Below, in pieces: positions 9,672 to 22,275 of a DNA stretch of 32,000 nucleotides. Source of the DNA: Sulfolobus acidocaldarius DSM 639 (GTDB lineage: Archaea > Thermoproteota > Thermoprotei_A > Sulfolobales > Sulfolobaceae); assembly GCF_000012285.1 (NCBI RefSeq), contig NC_007181.1:1170001-1202000 (forward strand), written 5' to 3'. Every line of letters starts with the position of its first letter. The stretch's first letter is position 1. The position numbers and the translations under genes were made by a program. The notes beneath the pieces were generated by a model. It worked only from the letters and a program-made list of their open reading frames with translations, ran no database searches and was not told where the DNA came from.

Positions 9672-11015
9672 TCAAAGCACCTCCGCTATACTTTTGACTA
9701 GCTCATCAATCATAACCCTTGTATGGACCTCAGTAAAGCAAAATAACGCACAATAATCATTTAGCTGTAAACCCCCGTGTATTCGTTTATTTAAGAGACT
9801 TGAATGGATCAAATTATAATTCTTAGGAAATTGAATTACAAATTCTTCAAAGAACTCCCCTGAATATGGAGATTTAAAACCGAGTTCTTCAAATTTCTTT
9901 TTGGCGTAGTGACTTCTTACATATATTTCTTCTGCTAGATCCCTTAGACCATGTTTACCTAATAACGAAAGATAGACCGCTGAACCTATTGCCATAAGTG
10001 TTTCATTTGTAGTTATATTTGATGTGGCTTTCTCCCTTCTTGTAAACTGTTCTCTTGTTTGCAATATTAATGTGAAAGCCCTATTCCCTTTTTCATCTTT
10101 TGTTAAACCTACAATCCTACCAGGCATTTGTCTCACTAGTTGAGAATCCCACCTTACAGCAAAAATGCCCATAAGCGGACCTCCATAGTTTAGTGGTAAT
10201 CCAATTTCTTGCCCATCACCTACTGCTATGTCAATACCGTATTCCCCTGGGGGCTTAATTAAACCAAGAGATAATGGAGACACCCCCATAATAGTTATTA
10301 TATTTTTCTTCTTTGCAAAATCCACTATATATTCTATGTTTTCCTCAAAAATTCCGTAAAAATTAGGTTGCTGAATATAAATGGCAGATACGTCGTCTGT
10401 GTTAATTTGTTCTAATTTTTCGATATCTATTTGACCTGATGTAGAATCTGTAGGCAATTCGGTTATTCTGATACCTTTACCGTAAACCCATGTCTTTACT
10501 ACCTCTCTATGGTAAGGATTCATATTTGAAGGCAAAAGCACGCTCTTTCTCCGATTTATTCTATGTGCCATCAGAACAGCTTCCGCTATAGCACTAGCCC
10601 AATCGTACATTGATGCATTTACAAACTCCATTTCTAATAATTCAGCCATAAGGCTTTGATATTCATAAATTGCCTGCAGAAGACCTTGAGAGATTTCAGG
10701 TTGATACGGAGTATAAGCAGTATAAAACTCCGATCTAGACATAATGAACTTTACAGCCTCCGGTATATAGTGAGGGCATAGACCCCCTCCTATAAAAGGA
10801 GGGTATTTAAGTTCTAGATTTTTCTTCTTCAGTTCATTAAGCCTTTGAGAAATCTCGTACTCGGAAAGAGGTTTATCATAAGGTATGTTAAGTTTCCTTT
10901 TAAGTATCAAATCTTGAGGAACGTCAGAAAATAAATTCATAATGTCATTAACGCCTATTTCCTTGAGCATTTCCTCGGTATACTTTAAGTTAGGTAACCA
11001 AGGATGCATTTCCAT
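9672..11015 (-). CDS. gcvPA: glycine dehydrogenase (decarboxylating) subunit 1
   Basis: The sequence is GcvPA-like (HPWLPN..., TPYQPEISQG). The track start is 11033. In-frame ATGs at 11027, 11015 and 11009 are alternatives. I chose 11015 because of the TATA spacing, but the start is uncertain. Confidence 0.85.
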   Translation of the reverse strand: MEMHPWLPNLKYTEEMLKEIGVNDIMNLFSDVPQDLILKRKLNIPYDKPLSEYEISQRLNELKKKNLELKYPPFIGGGLCPHYIPEAVKFIMSRSEFYTAYTPYQPEISQGLLQAIYEYQSLMAELLEMEFVNASMYDWASAIAEAVLMAHRINRRKSVLLPSNMNPYHREVVKTWVYGKGIRITELPTDSTSGQIDIEKLEQINTDDVSAIYIQQPNFYGIFEENIEYIVDFAKKKNIITIMGVSPLSLGLIKPPGEYGIDIAVGDGQEIGLPLNYGGPLMGIFAVRWDSQLVRQMPGRIVGLTKDEKGNRAFTLILQTREQFTRREKATSNITTNETLMAIGSAVYLSLLGKHGLRDLAEEIYVRSHYAKKKFEELGFKSPYSGEFFEEFVIQFPKNYNLIHSSLLNKRIHGGLQLNDYCALFCFTEVHTRVMIDELVKSIAEVL

Positions 11016-11055
11016 ATTTAAGGTCATTCTCACATTATATACCAGATGGTTAATA

Positions 11056-12111
11056 ATGTTTAGTTCACCACTTTTGGATATTGAGACAAAACTAAATGCA
11101 GATATAGGAGAATTCGCAAACTGGAAAATGCCTATGAAATATACTAGTTATCAAGACGAACATCTTCTAGTAAGAACATCAGTAGCATTCTTTGATATAT
11201 CCCATATGGGTAGACTTAAAGTTTCAGGAAACCAAAATGAACTGGAATTCCTCGTCTCCAAAGAAATTTCTAAAAACAAACCAAATTCAATGATTGGACC
11301 CACAGCATTTCTTAATGACAAGGGAGGATTCGAAGATGATGTAATGATTTATAAGGTATCAGAAAATGAATTCTTAATCGTAACTAATGCTATAAATCGT
11401 GAGAAAATAATTAATTGGATAGGAAAAAATTCTGGATTGAATGTTGAAGATCTGACATTTAAATATGGGATGCTTGCAATTCAGGGAAGGAACGTCTGGA
11501 ATTTCATAGAAAAAGCTGAGGTTAAACCACTAGAGTTTATTTTAAATACCAAGTTTCTTGGGGAAAACGTATTTTTACTAAGTAGATCAGGTTGGACAGG
11601 AGAAGATGGCTTAGAAGTTTGGGCTGATGCAAATACGCTAACTTCGATAATTCAGAAATTACTGAAACTTGGTATAAAACCGGCAGGATTAATAGCTAGA
11701 GATAGTTTGAGGCAAGAAATGGGGTACGTATTATACGGAGAGGACATAGATTCCAACATTACACCAGTGGAAGCAAGATATTGGGTGTTCTCACTCGATA
11801 AGGATTTCATAGGTAAAGAAAAAATAATGGAACATGTAGAGAATGGTGTTAATAGAATAAGATTAGGATTCAAACTTAAGAAAGATGATAGACTTCTTCC
11901 TCGAAAAGATTATAAGATAAAGTCTCCCTTAGGCTCAAGGGATGTCGGATACGTAACAAGTAGCACATTCAGTCCCTATTTAAACAGGGTTATTGGAATG
12001 GGGTACATAAAACCTGAGTACGCTTACATAGGCTATGAGCTTGCAATAGATATTAGAGGGAAACAAGTAAAAGCAAAAATTTCCGATTTCCCTCTTATTA
12101 ATACGAGGTGA
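11056..12111 (+). CDS. gcvT: aminomethyltransferase (glycine cleavage T protein)
   Basis: The sequence is GcvT-like from [13 protein letters not shown]... onward ([16 protein letters not shown]). The track start at 10942 lies inside the antisense gcvPA and is rejected. Confidence 0.9.
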   Translation: MFSSPLLDIETKLNADIGEFANWKMPMKYTSYQDEHLLVRTSVAFFDISHMGRLKVSGNQNELEFLVSKEISKNKPNSMIGPTAFLNDKGGFEDDVMIYKVSENEFLIVTNAINREKIINWIGKNSGLNVEDLTFKYGMLAIQGRNVWNFIEKAEVKPLEFILNTKFLGENVFLLSRSGWTGEDGLEVWADANTLTSIIQKLLKLGIKPAGLIARDSLRQEMGYVLYGEDIDSNITPVEARYWVFSLDKDFIGKEKIMEHVENGVNRIRLGFKLKKDDRLLPRKDYKIKSPLGSRDVGYVTSSTFSPYLNRVIGMGYIKPEYAYIGYELAIDIRGKQVKAKISDFPLINTR

Positions 12112-12118
12112 AACTTTA

Positions 12119-12535
12119 ATGAGTGTAGTAATCGACGGTAAATATCTAATTCTTAAAGATAGGCATTACACCGAGACCGATGAGTGGATATTAATCAACG
12201 GGAACATTGCAACAGTTGGAATAACAGATTACGCTCAGAAGAAACTTAAGGATATAGTAGGAATAGAACTACCACAAGTGGGTAGAGAAGTAACTATAGG
12301 AGAACAAGTTGCTGTCGTGGAATCTGTTAAGGCTGCTGCAGATATATTTTCCCCTCTCTCCGGTAGTGTACTAGAAGTAAATAAGGAATTACAGAGTTCC
12401 CCTGAGACAATTAATAAGGATCCTTATGGTAGGGGATGGATATTCAAACTAAAGATAAAAGATGAGAAAGAGGTATCTAAATTACTAAATTTCGAACAAT
12501 ACATTATTTCGATAAAACAAAGAGAGGGAATTTAA
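12119..12535 (+). CDS. gcvH: glycine cleavage system H protein (lipoyl carrier)
   Basis: 138 aa with the lipoyl-lysine motif [13 protein letters not shown]. Confidence 0.9.
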   Translation: MSVVIDGKYLILKDRHYTETDEWILINGNIATVGITDYAQKKLKDIVGIELPQVGREVTIGEQVAVVESVKAAADIFSPLSGSVLEVNKELQSSPETINKDPYGRGWIFKLKIKDEKEVSKLLNFEQYIISIKQREGI

Positions 12536-13281
12536 TGAGCAGTGTAGAAATATTAGAGGATTATATACCACAGTTAACAAGACCTTCTTACCTTATTGTC
12601 GGATTACCCGATGCTGGATTAGTAGGTACAATTGCCACCGAATTCCTTGTCAAAAAATTAGGATTAAGTGAATTTGCTACTATTTATGCACCTGATATTT
12701 TACCGCCGATAATGCATGTAAGAGACGGAATAGCTAAATCACCATTGAAGTTTTATCATAATGGTAAGAACATGATAGTATTTCACTCATATATAGCATT
12801 ACCTTTCTCAGTGATTAACCAGATAGCTAAAACTTTGATCGACTTCGCAAAGAAGTATGGGATAAATAACATAATTTCCATAACAGGCATACCAGTAGAG
12901 AACAGATTATCTGCGACTACACTAAATTCATTTGTAATAGGGAATAACCAACAAGTAACTGAAGAGATAGAAAAAATGGGATTGTCGAAAAAGTTTGGTG
13001 AAGGATATATAGCAGGTCCTTATGCCCCCATATTATCCTATTCCCAAAGGGAAAAGTTAAATAATATAATAATAGTCGTCGAATCTTTTATGGATTTGCC
13101 AGATCCAGAAGCTTCCGCAATAGCTTTATCCATCTTGTCAAAATACATTGGTTTCCCCTTGGATACAGAAGAACTACTTAAAGAGGCTGAGGAAGTTAGA
13201 GAGAGAATTAGGGGACTTATGTCTCAGACTAGAGAGGAATTACCAAAGTACGCAACAGGTAGACCGATGACATACGCGTGA
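12535..13281 (+). CDS. PAC2-family (proteasome assembly chaperone-like) protein
   Basis: 248 aa. The N-terminal LIVGLPDAGLVGTIATEFLVKKL pattern is typical of the archaeal PAC2/COG1938 family. Its ATG overlaps the gcvH stop (TAATG). Confidence 0.6.
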   Translation: MSSVEILEDYIPQLTRPSYLIVGLPDAGLVGTIATEFLVKKLGLSEFATIYAPDILPPIMHVRDGIAKSPLKFYHNGKNMIVFHSYIALPFSVINQIAKTLIDFAKKYGINNIISITGIPVENRLSATTLNSFVIGNNQQVTEEIEKMGLSKKFGEGYIAGPYAPILSYSQREKLNNIIIVVESFMDLPDPEASAIALSILSKYIGFPLDTEELLKEAEEVRERIRGLMSQTREELPKYATGRPMTYA

Positions 13282-13285
13282 GATT

Positions 13286-13660
13286 ATGCCAGTTTTTAAA
13301 GATTTAGAGGACTTAATTAATAACCTGATAAAGAAAGAAGAAGAGAGACTAAAGAAGATAAGGAAAGAGATCGAGAAAGAAATCAAAGAAGTAGAAGAAA
13401 GTATAGGGTTCTCCAGAGAGCCCTTGTATACAATGAGAGAATTAATGGACGAATATGAATATATAATTGATATACCAAAAGCAGACTTACAGAGTCTAAA
13501 AGTTGATGTAGTTAAAGATATAATGAGAGTAGAGTGTATGACCAAATCTGGTGGAAGATACTTTCTGAGGATAAGACTACCACCAGACATTGACCCGGGT
13601 ACAGCTAACATAAGGAGAGAAAAATGGCTTATTATAGTTACTTTGAAAAAGCATAGATAA
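13286..13660 (+). CDS. hypothetical protein (K/E-rich helix plus beta-rich C-terminal half, possibly Hsp20/CS-like fold)
   Basis: 124 aa. I chose it over the antisense 13240-13611 ORF, whose S/L/I-rich composition looks like a shadow of K/E codons. The fold assignment is a guess. Confidence 0.5.
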   Translation: MPVFKDLEDLINNLIKKEEERLKKIRKEIEKEIKEVEESIGFSREPLYTMRELMDEYEYIIDIPKADLQSLKVDVVKDIMRVECMTKSGGRYFLRIRLPPDIDPGTANIRREKWLIIVTLKKHR

Positions 13661-13733
13661 TTTTCATACTCTTAATAATACTTAGAAAGATTTTTATAAA
13701 CTGTGTTAAAATAGGATAAACAGTGAACTGGTT

Positions 13734-14735
13734 TTGAGTGAAGGAGCAGGAAGATTTTCTAAAGACGTAGAGACTAGAAAGGTACAAAGATTAGGTTCAT
13801 CTTCACTCTTTATAACTTTACCCAAGAAGTGGATCAATAAATGGGGAGTAAAACCTGGTGATAAAATTATTATAGAAATTTCCGAGGATGGAGGTCTTAG
13901 ACTCGTTGCGGAAAAAGTGAAAAATACCTACACTAAAAAGAGCATTAAAATTGACGTGGACAATTATAAACAAAGTATAGTAAACGCCATACCTTCTCTT
14001 TATATTTTAGGATATGATGAAATGTTATTTACGACCAAGAAAAACCTAGATCCAAAAGAGGTTGAAAATGTAATTACTTTGTCCAAGAATCTAGTAGGAA
14101 TTGAAGTCGCAGAGAACAATAATAACCTAATAAGATTAGATTGCCTACTTGATACTGAGAAGCTTGGTTCAGAGACATTACTTAGAAGAATATTAAATAT
14201 TATTTCTAAGAAAGTAGATGAAATAATTGAATATTTAAGAGGACAACAGAGCACAGAGGTTCAACAAACATTAGAAGATTTAAGAAGAGTATACCTCATG
14301 CTATTGAGAAGAAGTATAGGGAATAAATATATGGCAGAAAGGGATAAAGTAAGGAACTTCATAATAGCAATCAATTCTACGATAATGATGAGAGTCTACA
14401 GAATTATATCTAAATTGTATGATGAAATTAAACATAATCAAATTTCACTTCCACAAGAACAAGCAAAAACTTTAATTGATATGTTCAGGGAGACTAACGA
14501 CCTTTTTGACGAAATCATTATGAGCATACTTTTCCCCAGTATAAAGAGAATTTCGAACGGTTATACATTAATAAATCAGCTTAAACAAAAATATGAAAGA
14601 TTGGATATAAAAGATAATTTAATTAGAAATTATTTTGAAGATCTTATATTTAACCTTGAAGAAGCTTTAAATAACTCCTCCTGTTCCATATTCTTAGAGG
14701 ACGCTCCTTGGATAGAGAGAAATTTTAACTCATAA
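13734..14735 (+). CDS. AbrB/SpoVT-domain plus PhoU-like regulator
   Basis: 333 aa with a TTG start. It has an N-terminal swapped-hairpin motif (VQRLGSSSLFITLPKKWINKWGVKPGDKIIIE) followed by a helical PhoU-like region. A TATA box TTTTTATAAA lies upstream. Confidence 0.6.
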   Translation: MSEGAGRFSKDVETRKVQRLGSSSLFITLPKKWINKWGVKPGDKIIIEISEDGGLRLVAEKVKNTYTKKSIKIDVDNYKQSIVNAIPSLYILGYDEMLFTTKKNLDPKEVENVITLSKNLVGIEVAENNNNLIRLDCLLDTEKLGSETLLRRILNIISKKVDEIIEYLRGQQSTEVQQTLEDLRRVYLMLLRRSIGNKYMAERDKVRNFIIAINSTIMMRVYRIISKLYDEIKHNQISLPQEQAKTLIDMFRETNDLFDEIIMSILFPSIKRISNGYTLINQLKQKYERLDIKDNLIRNYFEDLIFNLEEALNNSSCSIFLEDAPWIERNFNS

Positions 14736-14761
14736 AACAAATATAAACAGGTGACAGAGAA

Positions 14762-15508
14762 ATGGTCATGTTAAAAATAGAGGACATCCATGTTGAAGTT
14801 GAAGGTAAAAAAATACTAAAAGGAATAGACATGGAAATAAAGTCAGGAGAAATACATGTATTAATGGGACCTAATGGAAGTGGAAAAACTTCACTTTCCT
14901 TAGCATTGATGGGTCATCCTAAATATAAAATAACTCAGGGCAAAATATTACTTGATAACGAGGATATAACTAGCCTAGAGACCTTTGAAAAAGCGCGAAA
15001 AGGTATATTTCTTGCCTTCCAGAACCCTATAGAAATTAGTGGAGTTAAACTATCAACTTTATTAATAGCAGAGTATTCCAGAATGCATAGTTCAACAGCA
15101 CAACCTCAGATGATTATCAAACAGATAAAAGAAGTCAGCAAATCAGTAGGAGTTAATGACTCTCTACTTAATAGAGGAATATTTGATGGCTTTAGCGGAG
15201 GAGAAAAGAAGAGAACAGAGATTCTACAGATGTTATTAATAAAACCGAAAATAGCCATACTTGATGAACCCGACTCTGGTGTAGATGTGGATGGGCTTAA
15301 AGCCATTTCAGATGCCATATTAAAATTAAAGTCTGAATCAAATACTGGCTTCTTAATAATAACTCATTACAGAAGAATATTAGAGCATCTAAATGCCGAT
15401 AAAGTACATATACTCTACAACGGTAAAATAGTAAGAAGCGGAGGTATGGAATTAGCAAAATTAGTCGATGAGAAAGGGTACGAAGGAGCTCTAAAACAGT
15501 TTTTATAA
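14762..15508 (+). CDS. sufC: Fe-S cluster assembly ATPase SufC
   Basis: 248 aa with Walker A GPNGSGKTS, signature FSGGEKKR and Walker B ILDEPDSGVD. Confidence 0.9.
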   Translation: MVMLKIEDIHVEVEGKKILKGIDMEIKSGEIHVLMGPNGSGKTSLSLALMGHPKYKITQGKILLDNEDITSLETFEKARKGIFLAFQNPIEISGVKLSTLLIAEYSRMHSSTAQPQMIIKQIKEVSKSVGVNDSLLNRGIFDGFSGGEKKRTEILQMLLIKPKIAILDEPDSGVDVDGLKAISDAILKLKSESNTGFLIITHYRRILEHLNADKVHILYNGKIVRSGGMELAKLVDEKGYEGALKQFL

Positions 15509-15578
15509 AACTATTCATAAAACATTGATGACTAAGTTTAAATGTTATCTTTAACAGAGTTTATATTGGGTAATTCAA

Positions 15579-17018
<1,440 letters not shown>

Positions 17019-18188
17019 ATGGGCTTAATTGATTTTTCTTCTGCACAAAATTACATTTCTAAATTAGAAAATAGAAGCGAAAGAGAAAGACTTCTTTCAC
17101 AATTTCTTACAATGCCATACCAGAGAATAAACGACTCTCCTTCTTTAAAACATTACACTGACTGGAATAGACTTGAAGCATTAAACTTAGAAATAAAAGA
17201 TATTAATGCTAAAGAACCTTCTAAACCTATTTTAGATCAGGAGTATAAAATTCTAACTATACCCCAACCCACAAAATTAGATGGATTTATAAAGATAGAA
17301 GATAAGCCGGAGAATGCTCTAATAAAAGCTGATGAGCATAAGTTAGTAAGTTTAGTCCTTGCATTGTCTAAAAAGACAATAATTGATCTATCTGCAATCA
17401 CACCTAGAAAATTATTAATTTACCATAATTCGTCCAGTAACTCATTAATACCAGCTAATATAGAGCTAAAGATCCCTGAAGGTGAAAATGTTGATGTAGT
17501 GTACTTTAGTGAAACCGATGATCAGAACTCGATGACTTCAAGTTTGATTTCGTTCGTAGTACCGCAAAACTCTACTCTTAACTTGTCCATAATTTCTCTT
17601 TCAGCCCATTCCTTCATTTATACAAAAGGATTAGTTAAGGGAACAATAAATGCGAATATATTTTCATCTAAAACTAAGCTAACTCACATAGATTATTATG
17701 TTGATTTAGATGAAAAAGCTCAGTCCACATTTTCATCAAGGGCAATAGGCATAGAGGATAATAATGTTGATATTAGAGTTGCTGTAAATCACTTAGGAGT
17801 ACAGAGTAGAAGTGAAGGAACCCTCAGAGGAATTTCTACAGATAGTTCGTTAGTTATAGTTAGAGGGAATGCAATAATAAGTGAAAGCGGAATTGACTCC
17901 TCCACATCAATAATTGGAAAAGCCTATACCATAGGGAAAGATTCAAAGGCAATAGTAGCACCTATGTTAGAAGTTAAGACTGGAAAAGTACAAATGGCTA
18001 AACATTCAGCATCTATATCTAAAGTTCCTGAAGATTTAATATTCTATTTGGAATCTAGAGGATTTAGCAGAAAGGAAGCTGAGTCTCTTATAATAAAAGG
18101 GTTTATGATTGACGAGAATGATCCTAAATTCCTTGTTGATCTTATTAACGAAATACTTACGGAGCGTAAGATATTAGTTTCAGTCTAG
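17019..18188 (+). CDS. sufD: Fe-S cluster assembly protein SufD
   Basis: 389 aa. It starts immediately after the sufB stop. The C-terminus is SufD-like (AKHSASISKVPEDLIFYLESRGFSRKEAESLIIKGF). Confidence 0.8.
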   Translation: MGLIDFSSAQNYISKLENRSERERLLSQFLTMPYQRINDSPSLKHYTDWNRLEALNLEIKDINAKEPSKPILDQEYKILTIPQPTKLDGFIKIEDKPENALIKADEHKLVSLVLALSKKTIIDLSAITPRKLLIYHNSSSNSLIPANIELKIPEGENVDVVYFSETDDQNSMTSSLISFVVPQNSTLNLSIISLSAHSFIYTKGLVKGTINANIFSSKTKLTHIDYYVDLDEKAQSTFSSRAIGIEDNNVDIRVAVNHLGVQSRSEGTLRGISTDSSLVIVRGNAIISESGIDSSTSIIGKAYTIGKDSKAIVAPMLEVKTGKVQMAKHSASISKVPEDLIFYLESRGFSRKEAESLIIKGFMIDENDPKFLVDLINEILTERKILVSV

Positions 18189-18257
18189 TCTCTCTATTTT
18201 CATTTGTGAACATATTTTTAATATATAACCATTTGAGATGGTAATACTCGATTTACG

Positions 18258-18388
18258 ATGAGAGTAATCACATTTAAAGTAGATGAGGATTTACTACAAG
18301 AGCTAGATCTTTACGCTATAAACTCTAAATCAAGTAGGAGCGAAATTATAAGAGAAGCACTAATAAGGTACTTAAAGGATAGGAAGTA

Positions 18389-18389
<1 letters not shown>
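18258..18389 (+). CDS. 43-aa ribbon-helix-helix (CopG/Arc/MetJ-type) DNA-binding protein, not in ORF track
   Basis: My translation is MRVITFKVDEDLLQELDLYAINSKSSRSEIIREALIRYLKDRK. It has the beta-strand, helix and SRSE-helix pattern of RHH proteins. A TATA-like TTTTTAATATATAA lies about 30 nt upstream. The stop TAA (18387-18389) overlaps the 3' terminal base of the antisense tRNA. Confidence 0.6.
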
Positions 18390-18479
<90 letters not shown>

Positions 18480-18631
18480 AAATAAAAATAGTCTTTAACG
18501 GATTTAAAGTTTTATTCCTTGATAACACCATATGAAAAGGATTGTATGAAGTAGAAATTATTTTCTATCTATTTTAAAATTAAAAGTTAATTACCAAAAG
18601 GTAACTTAATTCCTTTTTTACTAAAGCGTCA

Positions 18632-19630
18632 ATGATTATATTTGACATGAAAGCGTTATTCTTCGAAAAGAGTGGTTTAAACAACCTAAAATTTGGAGAT
18701 ATAAAAGAACCTGAGATAGGTGCACATGATGTATTAATAAGAGTTAAAATGGCAGGAGTAAACCCTATAGATTACTTTGTCGTGGAGGGAATACCGGTAA
18801 AGCCACTACCACATATTCCAGGAGCAGAAATTTACGGAGAAATTGTAAAAGTAGGAGAACATGTTAAATCAGTAAAGCCAGGAGACAAAGTAGTAGTGTA
18901 TAATAGAGTATTTGATGGAGAGTGTGACTTCTGCCTTGCCGGGATGGAAATGTTATGCAGAAATGGTGGAATAATTAGTGTTATAACAAATGGTGGATTC
19001 TCAGAGTATTTTGCTGTACCAGAAAAGAACGTATTTAAGGTTAACTTACCTGATGAAGTAGCTGCAAGTTTACCAGTTGCAGCTTTGACCTCTTATCATG
19101 CGTTAAAGGAAGCAAACGTTAAACCAACAGATGTTGTAGTAGTATTTGGAGCCTCAGGTAATACAGGACAATTTGCACTACAATTAGCTAGAAAGATGGG
19201 TGCCACAACAATAGCTGTAAGTAGAAAACAGTGGGTTAAGGATTTTGCTGATTATGTTGTTGACTATGAAAACGCTGAAAATAAGATTAAAGATCTAACA
19301 GGTGGGAAATTAGCTGATGTAGTAATTAATTCTGTTGGAACTTCAATATGGGACTTAAGCCTAAAAGTGCTAGGAGTGAATGGTAGACTAGTGTTCTTCG
19401 GTGGACTTACGGGATCTGATGGAAAAATAAATATCTCAGCATTATACGGAAAGCACCAAAAGCTAATTGGAACTACTGGAGGAAGTAGAAAAGAAATGGT
19501 AGAACTTATCTCGTTATGCAAAGACTGCAAAGTCAAGGTATCTAAGGTATATAATCTTGAAGACGGTAAAGAAGCCCTTGCAAGTATTATGAAAGATAGG
19601 GACGGAAGACCAATGATTAAAATCTCTTGA
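18632..19630 (+). CDS. zinc-type alcohol dehydrogenase / quinone oxidoreductase (MDR superfamily)
   Basis: 332 aa. It has a GroES-like N-terminal domain (PHIPGAEIYGEIVKVGEHV) and a Rossmann motif VFGASGNTGQ. An alternative start at 18647 (MKALFF...) is possible. Confidence 0.75.
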   Translation: MIIFDMKALFFEKSGLNNLKFGDIKEPEIGAHDVLIRVKMAGVNPIDYFVVEGIPVKPLPHIPGAEIYGEIVKVGEHVKSVKPGDKVVVYNRVFDGECDFCLAGMEMLCRNGGIISVITNGGFSEYFAVPEKNVFKVNLPDEVAASLPVAALTSYHALKEANVKPTDVVVVFGASGNTGQFALQLARKMGATTIAVSRKQWVKDFADYVVDYENAENKIKDLTGGKLADVVINSVGTSIWDLSLKVLGVNGRLVFFGGLTGSDGKINISALYGKHQKLIGTTGGSRKEMVELISLCKDCKVKVSKVYNLEDGKEALASIMKDRDGRPMIKIS

Positions 19631-19746
19631 ATAAAACCTAACATTTTTTACTGTTCTTCTTTCTGAACCATAAAAATCAAATTTTCGACAACTGTTATTT
19701 TATGAGCGGTCTAAGTACAAAGTTTATATAAAGTCTTGAGGATATG

Positions 19747-20013
<267 letters not shown>

Positions 20014-20365
20014 TTTCACGCTCCATATTATGGTTACCAATTCACGCTTATAGGCGTTGGTAACTCGTTAAAAGTTACGAGATTTTACCTAGAGTTGAAA
20101 GTTCGTGATAAAAAATCCTCATTAGTACTAACTAAAAAATATGGGCGCATTAATGGTTATAATTTTTATTGAATTAACCGGGGAGTAAAATCCCTTTGTA
20201 AAATACAAGAAATTTAACAACAACTTCTAACTTGATTATTTAAAAATTAACAGTAAGACAAACTTCTTCCTCTTCACAACTTATCTTGTTACACGAATCA
20301 AAAAGTATAATTTAACATCTCAGTTTCCGCAATGTCAGAAAAATATGGTTTTAATTCAAATTTCT

Positions 20366-22222
20366 TTACATCTTGCTTAGAGGCTTTATCCCTAATGCAT
20401 TAAGACCATTGTATAATACCCTCTCAATTCCCTTAACGATAAACAGTCTTGTAATCCTCTTCCTATAATCAGGCTCTTGTAGTACTCTTTCAAAATTATA
20501 CCATCTATTAAAGACATCAGCTGTTCTTCTTAGGAAGTCAATTAGATCTTCAGGTCTTAATTCGTCTATGGCTTTATTAAAAGTCTCTGGAAATCTTGCT
20601 ATTAGTAAGAGAAGACGTCTTTTATCTCCAATTAAATCCGACAAGTCTGCGTCAGTGAGTTTTATTTCGTCCTGATTTTTAGCTAATATATTGTAAGCTC
20701 TAGCATAGGTATATTGGAGATATGGACCGCTGTTCTGTTCAAAATCTACTATGTTATTAATATTAAATGTTACAGGCTTATTTGAAGCAACAGATAATAT
20801 TGCGTATCTTATTGCTGAATTAACTATATCTCTCAAATTAGTTATATCGCCAGACTTCTCCTCAATTTTCTTTTTTGCTACTTCGCTTACCTTTTCAATT
20901 ACATCGTCTAATGAAATAAATCTCCCTAATCTTCCGCTCATTCTCATTCCTTGAAGATTTACCATGCCATATGAGTAATGTACCAGATTTTGTGCTAATC
21001 TCTCATATCCTAAAAGATAAAGTGATGCTCGTAATTGCATTTGAGGAATTGATTGTTGTTCAGCTATCACGTTAATTACAGTATCTGCTTTGAAATCCGA
21101 GAATTTTTTCACAGTATATGCAATGTCCCTAGTTGTGTACAATGATGTTCCGTCTGATCTGGTTAAAACTAATGGTGGTAATTTCAAGCCTTTCGGTATG
21201 TTAAGAATTTCCTTTATTTTCTCGTTAATATCTTCAAGCTCAAGAGCCTTAGTTCCCTTATAGTCTTTAGCAATTTGGAATGCCTTACTCAAAATCTCGT
21301 CTACCATACCACTCCATAATAACTCACTTTCGTAATCATATACATCAAAACTGATTTCTAACTTATCGAGACTTTCCCTAAATCCGTCCAAATTTAAATT
21401 AACGATCTTTCTCACAATCTGCTTAATTTTCGGATCATCGCCTTTCTCATAACTCTTTATAATTTTTTGGATTTCACTTTCTACATCAGGAATTGAGTTT
21501 ATTGCATCTGCTAATTTATCAAAGAATTCAGGGTTTCTTTCTCTCAATGATTGAGCAGTAGCTACAAGCTCGTCAAGCCTGTTTATTTTATCTTTATAAG
21601 TATCAGGATCTAAATCTTTCTTAAGTTCCTCTTTTAGTTCCCTTATTTCTATTATAACATTCGTGATAGAGTAGATTAGCCCAAACCAATGGTCAACTTT
21701 GGGTGATGGCTCAGGTTCGCCTAAAAGAATATATCCTAATGTTAGTATTGCAACTTGTCTTCCTGCATCATTAACATAAAATCTCCTATTTACATCATGT
21801 CCTCTTATTTTAAGCATTCTTGATATCGTATCACCTAATATTGAATTTCTCAGATGACCTATATGTAAAGGATGTATAGGATTAGCACTAGTGTGTTCTA
21901 CTACAATTCTTTTTGGATTCTCAGTTTTTTCCACTCCGTAATCATCCTGCATTTCAGTGAAGAGTAATTTGAATAGTTCTTTCTCGTCGACAAAGGCATT
22001 TACATATATCCCTGTTTTTCTTACCTCTTTTATTAATTTTCCATGGGAAAACGTTACTTCGGTTCTAACATTTAGTTTTAATGAGGGTAAGGGTAATGAT
22101 ATATCTCCTAATTCCTCCCTAGGAGGATATTCTAGGGTTTTAAATATTACATCTTTGCTAATACCCAGTCCATTAGCAACAATTTCACAAAATTCCTCTT
22201 TTACACTTCTTATAGGATTCAC
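20366..22222 (-). CDS. argS: arginine--tRNA ligase
   Basis: 618 aa with a GTG start. It has the class I HIGH motif (HPLHIGHLRN) and is ArgRS-like throughout. Confidence 0.9.
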   Translation of the reverse strand: MNPIRSVKEEFCEIVANGLGISKDVIFKTLEYPPREELGDISLPLPSLKLNVRTEVTFSHGKLIKEVRKTGIYVNAFVDEKELFKLLFTEMQDDYGVEKTENPKRIVVEHTSANPIHPLHIGHLRNSILGDTISRMLKIRGHDVNRRFYVNDAGRQVAILTLGYILLGEPEPSPKVDHWFGLIYSITNVIIEIRELKEELKKDLDPDTYKDKINRLDELVATAQSLRERNPEFFDKLADAINSIPDVESEIQKIIKSYEKGDDPKIKQIVRKIVNLNLDGFRESLDKLEISFDVYDYESELLWSGMVDEILSKAFQIAKDYKGTKALELEDINEKIKEILNIPKGLKLPPLVLTRSDGTSLYTTRDIAYTVKKFSDFKADTVINVIAEQQSIPQMQLRASLYLLGYERLAQNLVHYSYGMVNLQGMRMSGRLGRFISLDDVIEKVSEVAKKKIEEKSGDITNLRDIVNSAIRYAILSVASNKPVTFNINNIVDFEQNSGPYLQYTYARAYNILAKNQDEIKLTDADLSDLIGDKRRLLLLIARFPETFNKAIDELRPEDLIDFLRRTADVFNRWYNFERVLQEPDYRKRITRLFIVKGIERVLYNGLNALGIKPLSKM

Positions 22223-22275
22223 AACTGTGCATAAGCCACTGTGTTTATATCTTTTTTTATTCTAACTTACTAATC

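Noticed and set aside
13240-13611. 123-aa minus-strand ORF almost exactly antisense to the 13286-13660 ORF.
   Set aside because: Only one can be real. The minus-strand product is S/L/I/F-rich, the mirror of K/E codons, and overlaps the PAC2 gene's 3' end. The plus-strand product has sensible helix and beta patterns and operon spacing.
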